NCBI GenBank assembly: GCA_040954595.2
Contig: CM082578.2
Coordinates: forward strand, 9,719,519-9,783,518
Source of the DNA: Balanoglossus misakiensis
Lineage: Eukaryota > Animalia > Hemichordata
Reading direction: 5' to 3'
Length of the DNA stretch: 64,000 nt
The translations under genes were made by a program, and so were the position numbers. A model generated the notes under the pieces. The model made no database searches. It was given only the letters and a program-made list of their open reading frames with translations, and was not told the origin of the DNA. Positions 1 to 9,800 of this stretch are shown here, in pieces; position 1 is the stretch's first letter, and every line of letters begins with the position of its first letter.

Positions 1-2670
1 TCTCACAATCTTTGATCTCAGCTTGTCCTTCAGCTGCACACTTTGAAAGAGAAGCAACAGTGTACTTCATCTAACCCGTCAAATGTACCCTAGGTACACA
101 GCTATGGACCACATGACTACACCTCATATTCATATTCTGATGGCATAATGACAAACACTCCGAGCTCAACTCCACTACTAACTCTAGTATGTCAACACAA
201 ACTTACCCTGTACTGTAGCTTTCAGCCAATAAATTGTTAGTAATGGCATCTAGTAATACAACTGCCGAGTCAAGGCAACTGCTTCCTACCAGATAGGGAT
301 CTACTGACATCAGAGAAGTCGCCACGCACTTGTGGACTCCTAGAAACCTGCAATGATATCAAGTATCGCCATGCCGCACAGCAACAATCAGTTTTGATTT
401 CTAGCATTGACCCGACTTTCTTATACACCTGATGGAAGTGTGTGTAACAATGCCAATACATTTTGCAAAAAAAAATGCATTTTGTGATATCAGTTATTTA
501 ACTATTTTAGAGGCTCACAAAAAGCAGTTTTTGATGTTACAGAAAACAATCTGTTAGGATTATTTTACCCCCTAGGCAGTAGTTTTGGGAGATGTATATG
601 CTGCCACTTACTGGTGGATTCTTTCCACAGACTCGTGAGATTGCTTACACGCTGAACAGCCGTGTGCTCTGGTATTTAACTGCAATAATGTGTGGCACTG
701 GCACCTGCACAGTTCCGACTTTGGCCTGCCTTCGCGGAACGCGCCAATTCTGGCTTTCAGGGTTGTTACCAATGCACACGCTTTGTCTGCTGCCTCCTTC
801 AAGGAAAACATTCTCTGGTCTGCCAAAAGCCTTCCCAAGAGTGTCATCTGAAAAAAGCAACCAGGCAGATGACATGGACTTGAATCAATACTCCAATAAA
901 ATCCCTCCCGATTTGCACTTTAACAAATATATACTAGTGATTTGCTAAACCAAGAGGATCGTGACAAACAATGAATATATACGTGTGTATACGTGTACAT
1001 TGTCCGAGACACATTTTCTCTCCGATTTCACCAATCTATACAGTACTATAAATGATGCCTCTTACCTTGCTATACTGCCTTTCTTTTCTCCACAATACAT
1101 TGGAACTGGTAGCGTTACAGTGTGCCCCAACCACTGACTCCCACCTCTCACACTGGTATTACAAAGCAAACATTAAAAAAAAACAGTAAAATGGGGGCTC
1201 AGCAGCTTCACGGAGAGTTTACAACTCGGACACAAGACATCATGTCCGGCAGTTTACACAAAGTTCAGATTTTGACAGACTCGACACTCACCTTGGCTGC
1301 CTCGATATCACACACATAGCAATAGCAAATTTTGCAGAAGGGTTTGTTGAGTTCCACCGGTGGGAACATCGGCCCATACACTGGCTTGAACTTGTGTTCC
1401 AAACAGTCTGCACGGTTGTGGGGAAAATTTGCAGATGGTGCTACCTTCGAATAAGTTATGGCAATGTCTGGTAATGGAAAATTAGTGAAAATGATTAAAT
1501 GTAAGCATAGATAATTATGCTGTGTCACATGACGTTACAAGGTGTCATCAATCTGTACACATCATGTGTTTTTACATGTCCATTCAAAAGACTTTTTCTC
1601 TCGCCAAAATGCCAAATTATTAATCAATGCAGCATATAAATTTGGTACGAGCTAACCAACTGGTACTTGACACCGGTACTATAAACAGGTGAAGTTTGTA
1701 ATCTGCAAGAGATATAAAAAAAAGCTTGAGCTCCTCTTGGATTTTCCAGGAAAGGGAACACTGCACAACTACAACATTCCTATGTAACTTGCCTTCATCA
1801 GAGCTGTCATTCTCAACACCCACATCCTGAAAATTCCCTCCTGTCTTCTGGGACTTGTTGGTATGTGGGCTAACTGTACCCTACATAAAAAATCAAAATT
1901 ATTTGTTCATTTTCAATCAGAGGAACTTTAGACATGTACATGTATGCACTGTTTATTTCTCAGCATGTGACAGACGTACAGGTGCCTGTAGTCTCTTCAG
2001 TCAGCTTTAGGAGGATAAAAGGACAATAGACTACAATGGACACTTGTCAACAGGAAGTGATAAATCTGTGTTCACACATTTCTCACAGGTGTAACCCTTC
2101 ATAGTGCACAGAGCTGGCATTTTACTGGCACACGACCTAGAGCTTGGAAAAAAAATGGTACCATGATACAGCCAGAATTCAAGCAATGAGGGACCAACGC
2201 AAAATGCAACTCGTGCCAGAATATCACACCGTGGACAGATAATCCCATAAACAGTTTGCTCAGGAGGATTGCTGCCAGAATGTATTGTTTGAAAACTATT
2301 ACATAACATGATGGAGAAATATGTCCACAGTCCTTGTGGAACAGTGCACATTTTCTGATTTGTTCAATTTGTTGTGTAACAATGGTGTATAATAACAATA
2401 CATATTTTAGGCAAGAACACACTGAAATGAGTGGACAGTGGTACCACAACACCTTGGTCCACACAAGAGTGTGGTGTTTGGTCCACAAGTAAACATTGCT
2501 GTCATAATATGTAAATTCCCACAGTGTCCCCAGTACCAGAAAAATAAGACTACATCAGTACACATGAACTGTGTATCAATTTTCGAAAAATGTACTTTAT
2601 ACGAAACCAACAAGGTGTCAAAATATATTACCTGGGATTTGCGTTTCTGGCCACGCGAATCTTCCTCCAT
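1..2670 (-). CDS. Uncharacterised Cys/His-rich putative zinc-binding protein (CYCYVCD...HCNA motif family), multi-exon, 3'-partial
   Basis: Exons on the minus strand: 2670-2632, 1880-1793, 1467-1292, 1152-1066, 847-612, 347-207, 40-<1. All acceptors are AG; donors are GT except one GC (1792). Phases chain into one open frame: MEEDSRGQKRKSQ|GTVSPHTNKSQKTGGNFQDVGVENDSSDE|DIAITYSKVAPSANFPHNRADCLEHKF...NKPFCKICYCYVCDIEAAK|CERWESVVGAHCNATSSNVLWRKERQYSK|MTLLGRLL...CRCQCH...CSACKQSH...|...|VQLKDKLRSKIVR. An in-frame upstream ATG at 2682 is an alternative start. Confidence 0.8.
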
Positions 2671-3110
2671 GGCGCTGATCATTCACTCACAATAAACATC
2701 TAAAACCAGCCTGGTCGACCACAACATTCAAAATTGGCGGATTCTGTAGGTTTACCTGGTTTACGTATATGACCTGTGACTGCTTTGAATGTTGTGTGTT
2801 ATTCCGCGGGCGAACTACTTTTATCAAAGTACTTATCATAGTCCCCAGCTAACAAAAATAATATTTAAAAGCTTTGAGTCAAATTTAGGATTTCTAAAAA
2901 TTCTCTGAGTCAGCCCTATAACTTTGCATGTATTGTGGATAATTTTCTTGAGTCACCAGTGAGTTTATTGAGTCAGTGTTGAGTCAAAAGTGTACTAATG
3001 TACTGTATTAGTACGCGCGCTTGTACATATTAAGACCGCCCTCACCGGGCTCTAAGTGACAAAGATTTGCAAGAGGTCACAGGTCATTACCCATATGACA
3101 TCGCGCGAAT
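2671..3110. promoter_or_regulatory. Bidirectional (head-to-head) promoter region shared by the Cys-rich gene and GPKOW
   Basis: Divergent ATGs at 2670 (-) and 3111 (+) are only 440 bp apart. The region contains TGAGTCA at 2875, 2906, 2949, 2969 and 2980, a perfect DR1 AGGTCAcAGGTCA at 3074-3086 (+), and a similar CAGTCAcAGGTCA at 2782-2770 (-). Confidence 0.75.
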
Positions 3111-6100
3111 ATGGCCGACGATGTAGACGCCGAGTCGAAGAGGAAAGTAATTTCTTTCGGATTCTCAAAGAAAACAGATAAGAAGACTATTGAACAGAGC
3201 AGGATCAGTGAAGAAAGTGTCAAAGAAAAGGAAGAAACTGATTTCGTGCTTTCGTTAGAAGGGAAAGAGGTCAAAAGGTAAACTACCAGTTCAACAACAA
3301 CGCACGCGTGTGTCACTGACAACTTGAAATCATATCACAGTACATTGAACTTGTGAATGTATGATGTAGCTGGAAGATTTGCCCGGTATAGGGGTATGAA
3401 GACAAAACTGTAACCTTTTAAAGTTTTTCAAATTGAAATGTGTTCGGGTCGAGTCTCAAGTGCATGTACATCATGTATTTCATTCAAATTACAACGTCCG
3501 ATGTACGTCTAGTTACAATGGTCTTCTTTGGTAGTAGCTACATGTATCAGCTACCTAAAGTGAGTAAAAACTGAGTCTTCTCCTCGTTTAAAATTTACTG
3601 CCCCTGGATTCACTCTTGACACAGACCTTCCATCCATGGTTTTTAATTTCCTTTTCTGACATCGTCATTACAGTACAAAACCCAAAGAGAAGGAAAAAGA
3701 GCTAGTGATACCTCTTATCACCAAGAATCGCTGGAAGACACAAAGCAAAGTACCGGTGACAGATAAAGACAAAACAGGCAGTGGTGATGGTCAACCAGAC
3801 TCCCTGGAAAGCAAAGCTGTACAAGAAATCATTGAAGGTTTGTATGCCTCGTCAGTCGTGGTACCCTATATTCATTCACTCAAGCTCCAGTTTACAACAC
3901 TTTCACATTTGATGACGTAAAGTAACCCTAACTTTCGAATGCCTGGTTAACCAGTAAATTTCTGTGTATTTGGCAGATGCTGCTAAATCACAAGAAACGT
4001 GGAGTGAAAGAGGAACAGAAGATGCTAACTTGGCAATACCAATGCTGATGCGAAACCAAGTTCCCGTGGGGTACGAAACAGATGAAAAACTTGACACCTC
4101 GCTCCGTCCTGATGAGGTAAATAGGCAGCAGGGAAAAGTACTATTGGAAACTTTCTTCAAATACTTCCTTTGTCCGAGAAATTCATGAAGATGGCAGGAT
4201 TGAAATACGGGGGTACCTGCTAAGAGAAGGGCATTGCAAACTCAAGGAAATGTATTACAAAATCAGCTGCACTCTGATAATTCTATTATACAAGATGTGA
4301 GACTCGCACCAGATATTTTTTTTAAAACCCAGATTATGGTAACATTGTCTTACTTCTGATGTACAGGCTTCTGAAGCAGATTATGACCAGGTGCCAATAG
4401 AGCAGTATGGTTTTGCAATGCTGAGAGGAATGGGCTGGAAACCTGGTGAAGGTATTGGAGGCAAATTTAAACAGTAAGTAATGCCAGGGTAACAGACTCA
4501 AAGCTATTTACATTTGTGCATATTGGTATAAAAATGGCACTATAAATTATAATTCAACAGGATTTACTGATCAGATATTTTCTAAATGCATTTCTCAAAT
4601 AGGGTTTCTGCGCCGGTTGAGGCTGTTCTACGACCGAAGGGTCTTGGCCTTGGTGCCGACAGAAAACCTGGAGATGAACAGAAAAAGAAGAAATTCATCA
4701 AACCTGGAGACAAGAGAGAAGAGGAAGTGGTTCAAGGTTTTGCCAAAGACGTCACCGTTCTTGTCACAAGTGGACCACACAAAAATTTGTACGGGAAGGT
4801 AAGTGTGCTGCCCAAAGAAAAAAAGTTTGCATTGTTGATATTTTCTCTTTCTTCTATTGATAAATTTGATGATTGCTTTGTCAGGTTGAGGGCGTCGATG
4901 AGGACAACTCAAGAATCCTGATCCGACTAGCCATCAGCAATCAAACAGCAACTGTCAGCCAATATGCTGCTAATATTGTCAGCCAAAAAGAATACAAGAA
5001 ATATTCCCTTGACATCAGTAAGTATTCTCAAAATCTGTTTCTTTGAGTGTAAAAGTCAGCTGGCAATAACATTTCTACGGCTGTCTTATGATAGAATGGG
5101 CATACATACACTTTTTCATCATGTCAGCACATTATTTTGTAAACAAGATTTCTGAGATCGTGGAATCAAATTTAAACTTTATGCAAGGAGAATTCAAGTG
5201 TAGCCAAACAAGACCATACAGTTATCTATCACCTGTGATGAGAAAAAGGCGAATATGAAAACTTATGTCAAGAGTTCTGATTACCAGCACCTGTGTTTTT
5301 CCTTAACACGTGCATTAGTTTAAGTCTGAGGTGATTATTCCGTGAAATGTGTGTATGCGGTCTCCAACAGTGGATTGGTGTGATCAGAGTGTTTTTTTCT
5401 TTCTGATGTGCACAGGTCGACTCGGAAAAGCACACAAGGAAAGGGACAAGAATGGCACGGAGGAGCTACGGAAAGAGAAATATGACGGAGACAGCAAAAG
5501 GAGCAAAGATAGGGATAAGGAGAAACACAGGGAAAGGGATGACAGGGATAAGAGGAAGAGGGATAAAGATTATCGTGATGATAGGGGTGCATCTCCAGAG
5601 GGTAAAATGAGGGACACAGACAGACATCGAGACAGAAGGAAAGAAGATGATACCATGAAATACAAGAAGAGAAAGTATGAAGATGAGAGGTAGGCTTGCT
5701 TTAACACTACTTGGCATTATATTATGAATTTTATTTGTTATGACTTTTTCAAAGAAAAGGGAGACTGAAAACCCCTCACACCTAATCCCCTAACAAAGTA
5801 GGAAACAGTTGGGGACTCAAGAAATGCAGGTGTGAGTCTAAGTCTGGATTTAGTCATACATCTTTCATCCACTACTGGCTGCAACTGAAATTGAATTATG
5901 TTGGCTTTTTATGTGTTATTGTTTGACTTATTGACAGTATTTATGTGGTGCTTCATATACATCAATTTACCCTCATGTTCACATTTTTTCCCAGCATAAA
6001 CAGAAACAGTCCCACAACGTCCAGCAGAAACACTGCCAGTTCTCAGGGTCAAGGGTCATATTGGCTACGTCCAGAACTCCGAGTGAGGATCATAGACCAG

Positions 6101-6875
6101 AAGTACAAGAAAGGGAAATACTACAACACTAAAGTGGTCGTTGTAGACGTCGTCACCAGAGATATGTGTTCGTGTAGGACAGATGATCATAAATTACTTG
6201 AAGGTATGTGGTATTAATTGTCACAAACACTGCTGTTACTTGTACTTGGATGACTGGCAAACACAGCTCCCTCATGTGTGTGAGAATCTCTGTGTGATTA
6301 CGATCCACCATTAGATGTACTGTTTGTATTGGAGCTGGCAGACAGCACACGTACATGTACGTCATCTTTTACTGGTCATAACTTGTAATTGTTCTGTTTT
6401 TATTCTACCAGACTTAAAACAAGACATGTTGGAAACACTGATTCCCAAGACAGATCCAGGTCACATCATGATAGTGAAAGGAAAGTACAAGGGACAGGTG
6501 AGACAGACATTGTAAAATGTATCTGAAGAGAGTGGCCACATGAAATGCAGCCAGCAGTCACCTATTTGTTCACCCTTGTGGTTAACTGTATACCTTGTAT
6601 GAGAAGAAATGTATGGTACAAAACTTGATACTTTATCAAAAGGAAATGCGGCACTGCAATCACGACTTGTCTGTGAAAGTGACTTGGCTTTGAACACTCA
6701 TCATACATAATTCTTGTTTTCTGCCCTCTTTCAGGTTGGTACCATTCTCAAGAAAGATAAAGCAAACTGTGTGGCGCACATTGAACTTCTCAGCGATCGA
6801 AACAAGATTAAAAAACTAGACTATGACGACATCTGTGAATATTTAGGAAATATTCAAGAAGATCAGGACTTTTAA
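3111..6875 (+). CDS. GPKOW: G-patch domain and KOW motifs-containing protein (Spp2/MOS2 family splicing factor), complete, 10 coding exons, 538 aa
   Basis: Exons 3111-3277, 3674-3837, 3977-4116, 4367-4473, 4603-4798, 4885-5017, 5416-5689, 5995-6203, 6412-6497, 6735-6875. All introns are GT-AG; total 1617 nt, in frame, ending TAA. The translation shows GPKOW hallmarks: N-terminal ISFGF and ELVIPLI, G-patch [27 protein letters not shown]...[31 protein letters not shown], and C-terminal [24 protein letters not shown]...LETLIPK...YDDICEY. Confidence 0.95.
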
Positions 6876-9800
6876 ACTGTCTCGGAAGTCGAGTGTCCTC
6901 CGCTGGTGCAGTGCGCCCTCTATAGGCACACTACTGATGTAACAGTGCTGGCCAGTTTGATATGCGATACCGCTGATGCCCTGTTCCCTTTGAAGTCTGT
7001 AACATGCCGCGCCTACTAAACCAGAACAGTGAGACACTGGTGTAGTGTGCTGCTCTAAACCCAATAAGGGTTGTGCCAGGGATGACGTTTATGTGCCAAT
7101 TCTTTTTCAATTTATTTATAAGTTGTGTTCATTACAACTGAGAAGAATCCATATAATATCCTTCTTACTGGTATTTTGTATGTCCACAAAAAGTTCTAAC
7201 AAACAAAAGGGAAGTGTTATTTCAATAATGAGGGCGCTATTGCGTGGCACAAGAGGATGAAAGAAGGTAGCATCTATGGGTGGGTGGGTGTGAGGTAAAG
7301 GTATGAAACAAGGTTAGATTATCAGTACTGATTACTTCTGACGTGCAAATATTTCACTGAAATTACTAGTATAAGTAACTTTGCTGAATTAAATTATGTG
7401 TGCTCCGTTGTTTAAGTCATGTCAAGATATATTCCCGCAAGTGTATATATCTGTCCGCTCGTAAAGGCAATGCCTTCAGTGTGAATTCCCTCCTACCTCC
7501 ACTCTCATAATTTCCAATCCAGTGTTAAAATTATCGCTGAGGCTGATTATATTTACCTTCGAGTGCTAATCCGGCCAGCTTTATTCTGTTTTCCCATAGC
7601 ATGTCATTATTTTCAGAAAATACACTTAAATGTACTCAACTCAAGTGGCATTCGATTTCAATAACCTTGGAATAACAGGCTATAGACTCAGTCAATGGCT
7701 TTCAGAAAATTACTTTTACTGGCATTCGGCAACCTTATCTTCGTCATTTGGCGGAGTAAATTGAATTCTCATCTCGGCGCAGCCCGGCAACAGTTTTGAC
7801 ACTTTCCCTTTCTTTCAGGACTGGCTTTCTCAAAATAATCTTGTTAGTAATCAAACAAAGTCAAGAGTTATTGTGTTTGCAAAGCTGCATTGATTACCAG
7901 GGCCTGGCTTCGAGGAAGCTGAGGCAATCTCATTTTGCCTCTCCAAGAAATCCAATTGATCACGGAAAATAAGTTTCTAATTTTAAACACCACTCTGAGC
8001 AGTGGAAAATTTCAGCTTCCCATTCCCATCTCCTCTCTTGAGTTGATTCTATTATGGGAAAGTACGGAGGCAGCACTGCAACTTTTTTAATGAAATCTCC
8101 CGGACCAGAGACACAGGTATGCGTGTCAGCCGCGCGTGTAGGAAATTTCTGCGTGTTTAATATGCATAGGACGGAGACAAATTGCTGGGTGTTTGATGTT
8201 GGCTGCTGCTGCTAACGTTTTATTCCAGTTGTACAAATGTAAAGTTTAATCGTATCTGTCTGGAACACCGGCGTGGAGCCGGCAGTTATTGACGTCTTAT
8301 GCCTGTTTGGGTTTTTGCATAACCCGGTTCCCTAGCAGCCATGACTTCTGTTCCCACGGAATGATTGATTTCTGACAGTGTGAAGTCACAGCGGTATAGT
8401 GGCAATATTGTACGCTGCCTGTGATAGCTAGTCGCTGTACATGCAGAATTGAGCAGAGCATATCTGCCTTGCCGTCAGTATAATCACCAGTTTTGCCTCA
8501 GTTAAATCACATTAGAAACATGGCGAACACAAGTCTCTCTGCGCTTGATCTGACCCCTTGTGTTGTTCTCGAATCGTAAAAAACATTCCATCGCCTAAAT
8601 TGACATGACATGCCTCCTGATATGAAACAAGGCATCGCCTCTTTTATTTTCAGCCCCAAAACAAATTGACAGTCAGGATGCGATGTTGTGTTTTTAATAT
8701 GGTGCTATTTGTGTAGCCAGCAGAGAGAAAAAACCAAGACTCTCCGCAATAATGTGGTGTAATAAAAGCTGCCATTTAAAAAGAGTGGTTGCATTAGGAT
8801 CAAATGAAAGTGGACTAATTTGATGGATGTCTGAATTGTACCGTGTGATTGCTGTGATATTAACAACTCTAAAGATCTTGGCTGATTGTCTTTCTTTTAA
8901 GTAGGGGCAGCAGCGTCTGAATAATAATCAGTTCCGTAGCCTTGAACTCTCGGCATCTTCGTGTTTGAAAACACTCACCTGGATGTACACTGGCCAATGT
9001 CAACTGTTAGCGTTTAACTCCTCAAAAGTGTGCGGTATAACCTAGCTTGGCTTTGTTTTACACCGTGTGTAAATTCTGAGTCAAAGTCCACTCTGATATT
9101 GACAGACCAAAATCAGTATCACAGAAGATAAAAAATTCTTTTAAGAAAGCATTAGAAATCTTGAAGAATGAATGAGAGCAGTTGAGAATTATAATGCAGC
9201 TTGACTATACATATTCCAATTGTAAACATTGAAGGCTCATAAAAACAGACAGTTGGCAGTATGAAACACTATATTTATCACAATTCAAGAGTGTCTTGAT
9301 TTTGAATGAGATGTGATACATGTATTCCTGTTTGTACATAAAATACCTCTCTTTGAAAATGAGGACACATTTTTATAGATTGTCAAATGAAATTAAAGCG
9401 CCCTCAATAGACATGGTGGTCTGGTTAAACACCTTAAGGACCTGCCACTGTAGCCTGACATGCATTTAAAACTTGAAAAATCACAGAAAGAAATATCACT
9501 TCATGTACACTGAAAGATGTACATTTATTAAATATGATTAGTGGTGATACAATGTATTATTAATACTTGATAGTTCTGTGCAACTGTATTGAAAAGATAC
9601 TGACAGTTTGAATTTCTTTTTCACGTCAAATTTGCAGACATATCAAGTGCACTGGGCAAGCAGATGTTTAATTTCTAGTTTTACCCATGGTCTGTATATA
9701 CTGCAGTGAGTGTGGTGGGGGGACTGTGTGTAGCACAGTAGTGGTTTGCTATATTTATTACTGTCAATTTTTTTTTAATTTCATAGTTGGGTAATTGGAT

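Noticed and set aside
5335-5717. Minus-strand ORFs antisense to GPKOW exon 7
   Set aside because: These are shadow ORFs of the purine-rich low-complexity coding exon.
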